Part shown: positions 36,701 through 48,877 of the stretch, in pieces | How the letters are laid out: the number at the start of each line of letters is the position of its first letter | Position numbering within the stretch: the stretch's first letter is position 1 | DNA from: Macrostomum hystrix | Lineage: Eukaryota; Animalia; Platyhelminthes | Reading direction: 5' to 3' | DNA: 64,000 nt | Assembly (NCBI GenBank): GCA_950097015.1 | Contig: CATNEN010000032.1 | Location: 2,418,001-2,482,000 of the forward strand | The notes under the pieces: model-generated | Seen by the model: only the letters and a program-made list of their open reading frames with translations | What the model was told of the DNA's origin: nothing | Databases searched by the model: none | Program-made: the position numbers and the translations under genes

Positions 36701-37659
36701 GAACCAAATGACCAATGGGATATTATTGAATAATCACTAAAATATGACCAATGGGAATATTAGTAAATAATGACTGAACCAAATGACCAATTCACAGAAT
36801 GACCATTTACTAACGGTGACAAATCTAATACTCTTGACAATGACCAAATAAATGACTCAAAGCCAACCTGCATGACAAAGTCGAATCTGTCGGCCAGCTG
36901 TTCCATTCGGCGAATGAGGCTGCAGATGATGATGGCTCCGCTATTGATCATCGGATTGTGGGGCTTCTTGTTATCATTCAGAGCGATGGAGTTGAAGCTG
37001 ATGCCAGAGGGCTCGTAGCCCACGGACTCGTGCACCTCGTCGCAGCCGAGCTCGGTGAGGGCGATGGCGTAATTTAGCGGCTTGCTAGTCGACTGCAGGC
37101 AGAATGGGATCTGGTAGTCGCCATAGTTGAAGCGCTGGCCATCAATTGTACAGATGGACACAGCCCAATAGTTGGGATCGAAGCGGGCCAGCTGGGGGAT
37201 GTAGCTGGCTGGCTGGCCCTCGCGGTTCTCCCGGCAGTTCTCGAAGATGGTGCGAATGTGATGCGTGAACTCGTGGAATTCTGGCACCACAAAGTCATTC
37301 TGCAGGATGGTCAGCAGCATCACAACATTGTCGCGAACCACCTCCGTGAAGGTCTGCTTATCCAGGAAGAACGAGTTCTTGGCGTCGTCCTCGGATTTGA
37401 CGCTGCGCTTCTGCAGGTTTTGAATGTTGCGAATGCACTCCTTGAGGCGCGGATCCGTGAGCTGGATGCCGGCGCCTTCGATGGTGCTCAGAATTCGGCT
37501 GATTGAGACGCGATTTCTATTGCGATCCTTCAAGATTTCGAAGACAGTCTCGCAGGCGTTCGCCGATTGAATTTCGCGCGATTTGCGCTCATTCTCGTCG
37601 CGAAATTTGCGCACATCCTCGGCCGAGAGGCTAGACGACCGACGCAAAGGAGCCTGCAT
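33800..37659 (-). CDS. GLS: Glutaminase with C-terminal ankyrin repeats (GLS/KGA-like)
   Basis: Exons 37659-36868, 35848-35220 and 34214-33800. Motifs ASYIPQLA, catalytic [41 protein letters not shown], and ankyrin [16 protein letters not shown]...DRWGFTP. Confidence 0.95.
34225..35213. repeat. Two abutting 30/31-bp minisatellites filling GLS intron 2
   Basis: GGGATCTGGGATGAAACTGGCTTGTGAGTT switches to GAGGATCTGGGATTAAAGTAGGTTTAGAGTT near 34600. Confidence 0.94.
35852..36850. repeat. 39-bp minisatellite with 78-bp dimeric higher-order unit filling GLS intron 1
   Basis: Alternating ...TTAGTGAATTATGAC... and ...TTTCTGAACCATGAC... units. Confidence 0.94.
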
Positions 37660-38139
37660 TGCTGCCGCCACTGCTGCAAAGGTTCGGGTGGGGACAATGC
37701 TTGGGTCCTGACACGCTAGGCTGAGATGTACCACTTTATACAGGGCATTGGCGGGAGAAATATCTAGACTTTTTCTAGCTTCCAAGCAGCAACAACTGAC
37801 TTCAAACAAAAAACAACAGCAGCAGCAGCAGCAGCTAGTCCTCTAAACCTTTTCGGTGTCTTCCGATGGCGACATTTCAACAGCGGACACTTTGGTATGC
37901 GCAAATCTCGTCTATCTCTTTCTCCGTTTCGGCAAGCAAAGGAATTCCCAGTTTTTATCCAATCTAAAAATTTCGATTACAAATCAAAGCAGTTGGCATG
38001 CGCGGGTGTTCTTCTAAGAGAAGTATAAAACCTACTAGTAATATGATTATAAATCTGACAGTTCCAAATATCTAAAGAAAACTAAGAAGAATACTGTGTC
38101 TCCTTCTTCGTCTCTCCGATCTTATCCCCTACCCCATCT

Positions 38140-38960
38140 TCTCCTCTCTCTCCTAGCCCATCTTCTCCCCTCTCTCCTACCCATCTTCTCCCCTCTCTCC
38201 TACCCCATCTTCTCCCCTCTCTCCTACCCATCTTCTCCCCTCTCTCCTACCCCATCTTCTCCCCTCTTTCCTACCCATCTTCTCCCCTCTCTCCTACCCC
38301 ATCTTCTCCGTATCTCTCCTACCCCATCTTCTCCCCTTTCTCCTCCCGAATCTTCTCCGTGTGTCCTACCCCATCCCCAATCTCTACTACCCCATCTTCT
38401 TCCTGTGTCTCCTACCCCATCTTCTTCCTGTGTCTCCTACCCCATCTTCTTCCTGTGTCTCCTACCCCATCTTCTTCCTGTGTCTCCTACCCCATCTTCT
38501 TCCTGTGTCTCCTACCCATCTTTTTCCTGTGTTTCCTACCCCATCTTCTTCCTGTGTCTCCTACCCCATCTTCTTCCTGTGTCTCCTACCCATCTTCTTC
38601 CTGTGTCTCCTACCCCATCGTCTCATTCTATTCTCCTACCCCATCTCCTCCCCTTTCTCCTCCCGAATCTTCTCCGTGTGTCCTACCCCATCCCCAATCT
38701 CTACTACCCCGTCTTCTTCCTGTGTCTCCTACCCCATCTTCTTCCTGTGTCTCCTACCCCATCTTCTTCCTGTGTCTCCTACCCCATCTTCTTCCTGTGT
38801 CTCCTACCCATCTTTTTCCTGTGTTTCCTACCCCATCTTCTTCCTGTGTCTCCTACCCCATCTTCTTCCTGTGTCTCCTACCCATCTTCTTCCTGTGTCT
38901 CCTACCCCATCGTCTCATTCTATTCTCCTACCCCATCTCCTCCGTATCTCTCCTACCCTA
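38140..38960. repeat. CT-rich ~25-bp minisatellite (TCCTACCCCATCTTCTTCCTGTGTC)
   Basis: Visible tandem units with a duplicated larger block. Confidence 0.92.
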
Positions 38961-39780
38961 CTCAGTGGTTTACTGAATGCGAAAAAGCCAGAAACGAATT
39001 GACCAAAGCTTACCCATTGAATTAGGCCTTGTAAAAATGAAGCTTTATGCAGAATAACTTGAATTGGATGAAAAAATCTTATAAAAATTGTTGAATATAT
39101 AATATATCATTTCGTTACCTTTGGGGGGGATTTCGATTGAGAAAGGAAAGATTTCGAAGGACAGGTCCAATCCTTCAGCTGACAGCCAATCAAATCAGAA
39201 TACACACAGAGAGATGCAGGGAAGAAACTTTGTAGCAGAGCTTTGACCCGGAAGCCAGCAAAGAAGCCAAGCGCTTCTGCTGCGGTTAGTGAACAAATGT
39301 ACACCTAAGCCTAGCCAACTACTGCTGCTGCTGTTGTTGAAAGTTCCGCTTTTATCCGGTTTTCCTATACCCGTCAGGATCTTGAAAACGTTCTTAGCAC
39401 ACAGCCTATCAGTAATCAGATTGTATCCATTCTAGAAACAACAAAACACAAAAGCTAGTACTTCCGTACCTTGTGGACTAACAAAACACAAGAAGCTCTT
39501 ATAGGATAAAATAAATAGAAATAAACATGCACAACTTTAGGGAAATGTTTGCATTCAATGTTTTAAGCTTTCTTTTATATTAACTTCCTCAAACTTACAG
39601 AAACACATTATTGAACAATATGAACAACACAATGCTACTATTAGTAGCTAGTACAGCACATAATAGCATAAAATAATTTATAAAAATGCACAATAAAGAA
39701 TAAAATGTTATAGCAGATACTACTGCTCGCAAGTAGCAAATTAGCAAAATAATGAATAGCGTAAACAGCACGCTCTGAGG

Positions 39781-40614
39781 TCACTTGCAGAACTTGTCGG
39801 ACTTCTGCTTCTCGCGCCTGTCCAGCATGGTCTCGTGCAGGCTGCCGTCTCGCTTAGCCCGCTTCAGGTTGGCCTTGTCCTCGCCTGACAGCCTCAGCCG
39901 GCCGTCCTGCCAGCTCTGAAACTTCCTGGCGTAGTTCACCTCGGCCTGGGCGACGCCCTGCCGTTCCTCGGGCGCCAAGCGCAGCTTTGGGTCCACGTCT
40001 AAATTGGCGTTGCACCTCAGCGTGACCGTGTCCGACTCGCCTGTGACGCGCTGGCTGCGACAGGCCAGGCCGACATCGTCGTGGACGCCTAGGAAGCAGC
40101 CGTTGGCGCCAAGCAGGGCGGTGCGGCCGTCCTGGAACACCGGCTGCCACAGCTCCCTGGAGCCCATGGCGTCAGCCAGGCCAACCAGCCGATCGCCGCT
40201 GGAATCCAGGCCGAGAAACTTGCCGTAGCCAGACTTCAAGCCCAGCCGACCGTCCGGCAGGCGAACAGCCACGAGGATCTCCTCTGGCGACGGTCCCTCG
40301 CCCGGCGGATGCGTCGGTCCGATGGCGAACCTGCCATTGTCCAGGGCTAAAGCGTAAGCGCGTGGCTCCAACTCGATGGCCAGACTGCCGCTCACTTCCT
40401 CCACCTTCGACACCGCCCACCAGCCACCGTGGCTGGCCGTGTCGGCGGCGTCCTTGGCCGCTGAGCCTTCTTCGTCGCGATGCCGCTTCCGCTTGTGCTT
40501 CTTGTTCTTCTTCGGCTTCTCAACACCGCCAGACAGTTTGTCTGATTTCATTCGCAGCCTGCCCGATTTTACTTGCGCGTAGGCGCTGCTCGCGCCACTA
40601 CCGCCTGCGCTCAT
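39781..40614 (-). CDS. FRG1: FRG1 protein (fascin-like domain), intronless CDS
   Basis: GGWWAV...ALDNGRF...GPSPEE...LKSGYGKFLG...KFQSWQD...LHETMLDRREKQKSDKFCK closely matches FRG1 motifs. Confidence 0.95.
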   Translation of the reverse strand: MSAGGSGASSAYAQVKSGRLRMKSDKLSGGVEKPKKNKKHKRKRHRDEEGSAAKDAADTASHGGWWAVSKVEEVSGSLAIELEPRAYALALDNGRFAIGPTHPPGEGPSPEEILVAVRLPDGRLGLKSGYGKFLGLDSSGDRLVGLADAMGSRELWQPVFQDGRTALLGANGCFLGVHDDVGLACRSQRVTGESDTVTLRCNANLDVDPKLRLAPEERQGVAQAEVNYARKFQSWQDGRLRLSGEDKANLKRAKRDGSLHETMLDRREKQKSDKFCK

Positions 40615-40664
40615 TGCTGCTTTGAAGCCGAGCGGATAGGCGGAAACTGCAAGGAGGATTAGTG

Positions 40665-41430
40665 GGACACTGCAACCCTGTCCACACGATCACAGGTGTA
40701 GTCCTACATCGGGACACTGAAAACCTGTCCACACAATCACAGGTGTAGTCCTACATCGGGACACTGAAAACCTGTCCACACAATCACAGGTGTAGTCCTA
40801 CATCGGGACACTGAAAACCTGTCCACACAATCACAGTTGTAGTCCTACATCGGGACACTGAAAACCTGTCCACACAATCACAGGTGTAGTCCTACATCGG
40901 GACACTGAAAACCTGTCCACACAATCACAGGTGTAGTCCTACATCGGGACACTGAAAACCTGTCCACACAATCACAGGTGTAGTCCTACATCGGGACACT
41001 GAAAACCTGTCCACACAATCACAGGTGTAGTCCTACATCGGGACACTGAAAACCTGTCCACACAATCACAGGTGTAGTCCTATATCGGGACACTGCAACC
41101 CTGTCCACACAATCACAGGTGTAGTCCTACATCGGGACACTGCAACCCTGTCCACACAATCACAGGTGTAGTCCTACATCGGGACACTGAAAACCTGTCC
41201 ACACAATCACAGGGGTAGTCCTACATCGGCACACTGCAACCCTGTCCACACAATCACAGGTGTAGTCCTACATCGGGACACTGCAACCCTGTCAACACAA
41301 TCACAGGTGTAGTCCTATATCGGGACACTGCAACCCTGTCCACACAATCACAGGTGTAGTCCTACATCGGGACACTGAAAACCTGTCCACACAATCACAG
41401 GTGTAGTCCTACATCGGGACACTGCAACCA
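40665..41430. repeat. 47-bp minisatellite with internal hairpins
   Basis: ~16 units GGGACACTGAAAACCTGTCCACACAATCACAGGTGTAGTCCTACATC. Confidence 0.95.
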
Positions 41431-42557
41431 GATCACCCAGACACTAAAGCTAAGTTATTAATTACAGGTGCACTTTATTTAGAACAATGAAAATATCCTC
41501 AGCAAACAGATATTATCTACTTTTGCAAGGTACGTAGCATGAAAATTCCAAGAAAACCCATGTAACAAGGCAGGTAGAAAGAGTGTCTGAAACGTTGAAA
41601 GCCAAGTCGATTTCTACTCTTTATTGTAAAGCCCTGCTCTGCAGTCAATTTGCCGATCGATTGACTGCCAACAATGGAGACAGTGAAGGCCTGCCTCATT
41701 TCCATCCGCCGAATTCACATTTTTATACAAAAAACCATTACTTTAAAAACCTATCAGTAATTCCTTTTAAGAAATTAAATTAATTAACTCGATTTTGTAG
41801 ACTAGAATATTTGTGAGATAGAAAAATGCTGAAAAGTAAAGTCTAATAAATACAATACATTTTTACAATGTGAGGTTACTAGGGAAAGTAAACAGCTATT
41901 GTTTTTTAATCCATTGTGAGCTAAAAAAAAGCTGACAGGAAGACATTTTAAGGGCCCTTGTAAATTTTGTCAGCTGTCCCGTGTCGTACGATTTTATTGT
42001 GTATGCTTTCACAGATATAACATTGTAGAAATAAAGGATAAAAATTATCCTGAAAGGTGTTCATTTCGACGTAAGTTAACATAGAAACCCTTAATGTCCG
42101 AATTGTAAATTCTCTCCCATTGGATGGTGGGGAACAGCAGATCGAGCCAATTGGGACTGGGCAGTGAAGCTATGCGGGAGTTATGATAGAAATAAATAAT
42201 CAAAGTGAGCGCGAAACTCGCGACTCCTCATCCGGTCCATTTTCCAGTCAGTTCTCCAGTTCCACTCTTTTTATTACATTCTACAGCGTTTCCTTTACGC
42301 CGATCTCAGCTGCTGCGGCGGGGAAGCGACTGAAATAGTGACAAGAGAGACCAGCCGAGAGACAGTGGAAGCGTTAAACACCGTTTGCTTTAAACAAGAC
42401 TACACGCTCAAGAGAAATACTAGAGATTCGGATAAGCAAAGGAGAGAGAAGGTAGAGATTTAGAGAATAAAGAAAAAGCAAGGAAAAAAGAGGATTAAAG
42501 TGGGACTAAACCTCAGACGGGTAACAGCTGAAAAGAACCGCAGAGGTTAGTTAAGAA

Positions 42558-45500
42558 ATGAATACAGAGCAGCAGAAAAATATACAACAGCAGCCGCAGC
42601 AGCAGGAGCAGCAGCAGCTGTGTGACCCGCCAGCTGTCACAAATGCCAGCAGTCAGCAGCGCTATCAAATGGACGAATTAAGTGAGTTGATCCTGAGTTA
42701 GTACAATCAGATTGCGAATCCCGGCGGCGACGAACATCCAGCGGGGGTGATATTCAACTGTGGAGTCTGACAGCGCTTCCGCGGTTGTTAAGAGTCTTTT
42801 TTATTTCCAAGTCCCATACAAACTGAGTGGCGCAGTTCTGGCAAGAGTTTTAAAGAGGATCTTGCAAAGTGGCCATTCTGACGCTCTGACGTTGAAATCG
42901 CAACGCTCAGAAAATTAAGTTCTGTGTGTTCTTATTCAGTTCAGGTTTAAATTACGACAAACGCTGGCAGCTCCTAACTAGTCCATTGCCAAATCTACCC
43001 AGAAACCAGGCTTTGAGATTGTGGCAGATAACCTTGACTTTTTGTTGATTTCCGACCAAGCTGTGTTCTTTTCTGGCTCGCAAACAACCAGGCACATCCC
43101 GGCATTCATCCTTCTCTGATTTAATTTCACTCAATCTCTGCCTGACGCAATTTTCTACTGGAAGCCAAAGGCCATCTCTGGGAATTCACATGTGCTAGCG
43201 CTAGCCTTAGAAGGCGAATGTCAAAACAGAGTTTAATTAATGTAAAGTAACGCTTCTTTACTTAAATACGAGTTTAGTAAGGGTGCGGGAGTGGAAGCCT
43301 GCTGAACCTAGTCGAGATGATCAATTAGAAGCGCCAGTCTTTCTAATATAAGCTATATAGTGCAAGATTTATAACAATTGAAATATTTTTCCTTATATTT
43401 TCTTCGCAGATCGATTGCTGCCGCTGCAGAATTCGGCAAGACGCAATGGCGATCTTGGTACTAGTAGCGGAGGCGCCGGCGGAGGGCGGCAATTTCAAGG
43501 CCGGCCAGATTTCTACCCGAACCCGTGGGTGCGCAGAAGCGAGCGCAACTTTGCAGACGGGCGTCGCTCACCTGTAGCAGCAACGAGGAGAACCTCCGCC
43601 CGTTGCTTGACAGAGCCGCCTGTACCGACAGAGGCGTCGGAATTTATGGAACTGTCGGCAGATTTTATTCAGCTGCAAGCAATGCCAGTGCCGACAAGTG
43701 AGTCTCCGCGTTTACTAAGCAAGGAAGAGCACCAGGAGCAACAGCAGCAGCAACCGTCGCAGTTGCAGCAAACGCAAATGCAAAATCAGGCGTCAACAAA
43801 ACGAGATCTTCTGATAGAGATAATAAGGAACAATTTTATAAATTATTGCCAGACTACCTCGCTGCGCGGCGTGCCAAAGATTGTGAAAACAAAAGAAAGG
43901 CTGCTGAAGTATATTTGGATTATTTTCACATTCGCGTTTTTCTTCGGCTGTTTCACATGTCTGGCCCTAATTATCAACCAGTACCTGGCCTACGACGTCA
44001 TCCATCAGCCGAGAACTGTGCGTCACTTCCCAGTTCAATTTCCATCATTTACTGTGTGCAATACTCGACCCCTATCGCAAGAGGGCATTGATTTTATACG
44101 CAGCCACAATATGATGTTGCCAAAGGAGTACACTTTGCACATGCTCAGAGTAATAAAAAATACGCGGGCCAATATGAAAGTAAAAGATCCATCGAGTGAG
44201 TTTAACGACACCATAAAGGATGCTCTGAGCACTGTTTTCGTCACAAAAGGCTTCTACGAGAACATCCCGGCTGGTATAAATACAACGCAGTTTGGCCACA
44301 CTCTTGACCAGACAATCCTTCAATGCGAGAGTACCATTTTAATTAAGAACTTTAAGAGATCGAAATTCTGCGAAAACATCGGCACTTGGACGCGAACGTA
44401 CGATAACAAGTTTCTGAATTGTTACACTTTTACGGCGGATGCAAACTATACTCAGCGCATTCTCACAGTGCGAATAATGGCCTACACGAATGAGAGAAAT
44501 TTAACTTATTGTCCGGATTGTAGCGATTTCCCGGCTACACAGGTGTCTGGACTAAGAGTACAGCTGCACAACGCAGGCAATTATCCGGAGGTGCAGGAGG
44601 AGGGCTTGAATATTAAGCCTGGCAGCCTGACTGAGATTCGATTCGACACTAAAGAGTGGAAGATGAAGGAGAAGCCACACGGACGCTGCTCAAAAGCGGT
44701 GCCGCCATCGATGCTGTTCAGCAATAGCAACTTCACTTACAGCTATGAAGCGTGTAAAAAGAAGGTAAGCTCACACACAAAAGGCAGATTGTACGCTGTA
44801 TACCATGACGCTCATAGGCCTGTTGATTAAATCTGGCTCCTCATTTGAGCTGCAGCCAGGCGAAGCCCGAGGCAAATTCAATATGAAAGAAAGAATCACG
44901 TAGCAGACAATATGCTTGAACTGTTGTTTTCTTATGCTTTAAGTCAGAGAAATAAGAGGACAGTGAGGCTAAAACGTTGGGTGCAGAGACTAAGAAGACC
45001 AGCTTGAGGAGTTTCAGATCCTGATTTTCCCTAAGCCCCCTCGGCTCCTGGTTAGTGCGTCAGAGTCGCGCGCCACGGTGTCCTCTTATATTAGGCTCGC
45101 TAAGGACACTTGCAAATTAAGTCAACGCACTCGCCCGTACCCACCTTCTTAAGTAGGCGTGCAGTGCCAGACACCGCGAGACTAAGGCCCCAGCAGGCAG
45201 AGAATCGGAGAAGAATTCTAGGAAGGGAAAGTGAAAGATAAAAAAGAGGATAGGAAGGAGCCGGCCGATGAGAGCTGTCGGTGGGACAGGGGAGTCGAGA
45301 GAAAGAGAAAAATAAGGATGGAGAAGAATCTCCAGCAGATTTTGGAGGCCCTTACAAGAGCAAATGCCGTCTCAGTAACGGAGACGAGAGCAGAAAGGAG
45401 GAAAAATAGAAGTAGATTAACAGACAGAGTGAGGCGAAAAAATCGCAGGAAACCAGAGACCGAAGATTAAGGGTTCTCCAGGGGAATTTCAGGCGTCAGA

Positions 45501-46442
45501 GGGGCCTCGGGCTGGCGCATTAGTTCTAATTTTCCAACTATTAGTCCCTCACGTACTCTCCTCGCTTTTTCTTCCTCCTCCGATACCGGATTCGACTCGA
45601 ATGCGCAGATTCTGCACGAGCAAATCATGCAAATATGCGGCTGCCTGGACAGTACCATTCCGTTGCCGGACAGTATGTTGGACACCGGCTTGCACTACTG
45701 CGGTAGGATACCGCCTAATCAATTCTCACTCTTTACAAACAGTAGCGTGACTGCGGCACAGGAGACCCAGGCAGCCAGGCAGCAGATGGCCAAGTACTAC
45801 AACATTAGCTCCGACGCTGTTCACCTGCCCAGTTTTGCTTATAATGCGGAGTTTCAAGACTTCCTGCGTCGCGTCACCTGCAACATGGAGATCTTCAAGG
45901 CGGCTAGCTTAGACAAAGACGAAGACAAGGAGAGGGAGGACACGTGCTTCACTCCGTGCATCTACTATACCTATGGCACAACCATCAGCACAACAAACTG
46001 GCCAACCAAGGCCTACCTGTACGAGATTGTGCACGACTTCGAGAGCTTGAAGCAGCGAATCGACGGTCTATACAGGAAGGGCACGATGAGCAGAAACTCG
46101 TCCTATCTGGATCCTGTGTACAAGAAGCTGAAACAGATCTACGATCCAGTCTACGCCGTGGCCAAAACTGATCCGCAACTGGCGGATAAAATGCTCGGTG
46201 AAATTGACTACATTCAGAAGAACTTCATCGAGATATTAATCAATAGAGGCAAGTCCAACTTTGAAATCGAACAAATCGAAGAGAAGGCCGTCATATCTCT
46301 GACATCTCTGCTGAGTCAAATTGGCGGACTGCTGTCAATCTGGGTCGGCCTGACCTTCGTGTGCATAGTTGAAATAGTTGACATGCTGTACAATATTGTG
46401 ACCATGTACAGGCAGCAGAGCAGAATGACGATCGTGAGTTGA
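42558..46442 (+). CDS. DEG/ENaC (amiloride-sensitive) ion channel subunit
   Basis: Exons 42558-42681 (donor GTGAGT, phase 1), 43410-44764 (donor GTAAGC) and 45609-46442. TM1 IWIIFTFAFFFGCFTCL, FPSFTVCN, NCYTF, GLNIKPG, Cys-rich thumb, and TM2 LLSQIGGLLSIWVGLTFVCIVEIV. Confidence 0.92.
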
Positions 46443-47579
46443 TGCAACTCAAGCTTGCAAGCGCCCTTCTACGCTCGCATGTTCGTATAACGCGCGAATA
46501 ATTAACACGCCATCTATTATTGATACGCATTGCGCCCCGCGATAGGGGATTTGCTTACCCAAAAAGGACCATTGAGACTAGCTAGTTTTAACACCGCAAA
46601 GACGACCGCAACCATTAAAGCTACTTCTTTTTGGCCTAATCGAAGTGCAAGACGGAGATAATAAAACTAATCCAAAATAAGGCCCTTTTGTGTGTGTCTA
46701 CTCGCGGAATAATTATCTAATTCTTGCCAATGTCCTGTGCTCATCCAACTGGCTCCGTGGGATATCATACCGGTGGGGAGATATCATCTACTTCTAGTTA
46801 GTAAAACAATGAGGATCGGGTGAAAAACGAGTCTATAAAGTAATCATTGAGCAATACAATACTGCAAATTAAATATTTCATGCTTTAAAGCTGTCTCATT
46901 GTATGCGTGTCTGCGTGCGCTCGTAGGACCATAAATTTACTATTATCTCTATGTCATCCGCAATGGCTGTACACAGTACAAAGGCTTATTCTTATTACGA
47001 GCTGCGTGTAGTTGGTATTACCACTTATTATGTATAGATCCGCATATTTTTGTTCATAAAATTTTCTACGCAAAGCAAGAATTTGTTTGTGATGCCCACT
47101 CTTGACCGATCTTAAGTTAACAAACTAAATTTTTTAGTACCTGTCCACGAAAATATACTAGATGCACGGAAATGCATGAGAAAACGAAACCAGTTTTCGT
47201 CATTGTCTATACTGAAAACAAAGAAACATTTTTTTCTCTTAACAATAGAGTCACAGCTAAGTTGACTGAAAATCTATGCGTAAAAAATAGCAATAGTTCT
47301 AGACCCGCCAACCAGCGAAAATAAAAAGCGAGAATCACGAGGTGGATGAATGCAAAAGTGCATCCAGGTTCCATTTCTAGATATCTAATATACTAAAAAT
47401 GAAATGCTATACTATAGTTGTAACTAATAGAACACCAAAGATTGTGTACAGCTACCCAGTCCATGGACTGGAGCGGGGCTGCCACACACACATACTCAAA
47501 CTTCTACCCCAGATACCAAATTAACAGATTAAAATTCACAAATTTACAGTATTAAAATAGGCCTTCAATACTGGTCCTC

Positions 47580-48190
47580 AGTTCGGGCCCGACCAGATTC
47601 CATCATCGCGAAATTGGTGGCAGATACAGAATACAGCGATGTTGGTATTGGGAAAAAATGAATAGCAAAGTAATTCCGGAATTGTCAACAGACTAGAAAA
47701 ACAAAGTCCATCAAAACGCACAGAGAGAACTTTGAGTCAGTTTCGGAGGCACTGGACTCAGAGGATGGGAAAATCAGCCAAGCTCAGCCACTTCTATTAC
47801 ACGTTTAAGAAAGTTTTCTCCAGAGAAAAGTACCTAACAATAATCTCTAACCAATGCGCATAAAGGCGCACAATGTCCCGATTTCGTCTAGGAAACCACA
47901 AACTGGCCTGTGAGACGTTGCGCACTGTCAGACCGAAAATCACTTATGTAAGCAGAACATGTCCAAAATGTAGAGTCGAGGTAGAGAACGAAACTCATAT
48001 TCTCTTTGGATGCGATTGGTCCGTTTATGTTCCAATTAGAAATAAATTCATAGGCTTTCGAAATTTCTAACAGTACCTGCCACTTTCTCTAACAGCTGAT
48101 GACGAAATTGTGTGTTTAATGACACAGGAAAGCACAGAATTAACAGAAAGTTTTGTGGACTTCATAGAAAGCATACTTAAAGCTAGATAA
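47580..48190 (+). pseudogene. Decayed 3' end of a non-LTR retrotransposon ORF2
   Basis: KLSHFYYTFKKVFSREKYL...*...SRFRLGNHKLACE...RTCPKC...VENETHILFGC is typical of the post-RT C-terminal zinc region of LINE ORF2; in-frame TAA. Confidence 0.7.
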
Positions 48191-48877
48191 AAAAGCCACT
48201 GCCCTGAGGCCCATAGTTAGAATGCAAAAACACAATAGCTATTCTCCTGTCGTGAGCGAAGTGATTTCAGTCACAGTTTTAATCTTCTCTTCCAATTTCA
48301 AATATTACGAGTATTATTCACCTAAAACTAATTTTATGCATGCTACTGTTTTTCTATCGCTATTTATTTAAATCGAATGGTTCAGACTTGTTACCAACAT
48401 CAAATCAACAAAAAAAATCAGCACCCAATCGGCGTGCGCATTGCAATAAACAATAAATATCAATAATAATACAGCCTGAATTGGACCTAGGCTGATTCGA
48501 ACTCCCGACGCTAGATTATTTATAACACTGCCAGACCTCCCAGATCAAGCCGATAATAATTCTGGGCTACAAAGGGCTAAAAACTTATAGGCTGTATACA
48601 TCACAACACTCAGTAACTAATTACTAAACTGCTGCTCTCAAATCCATGAATAATGGCGGTAGCCGGCACACGAAATTTCGCTTCAACGGCCGGCTATGCT
48701 TCTTGGAGTATTTTTAGATAACAACAGCTGCACAACTTGACACTGAACAACAGGCTTTAGTGCATTCTATTTGGAAAGTAATTATTGACTACTTCATAGT
48801 TTGGTTTGCCAGAAAGTCCGGAAAAAAAATAAAATATGCATAAGATTTTGTCTTCGGCAAGACAGATCTAATTACAG

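Noticed and set aside
40665-41430. CRISPR-like regular repeats (also 48878-50027 and 60870-61551)
   Set aside because: No unique spacers, no cas genes, eukaryotic intronic or intergenic context
45231-45470. Basic 79-aa ORF in the ENaC intron, possibly gag-like
   Set aside because: No LTRs, PBS or diagnostic motif could be confirmed
48480-48560. Minus-strand GGAGTTCGAATC B-box-like motif
   Set aside because: Isolated, with no convincing tRNA fold or second copy in the window
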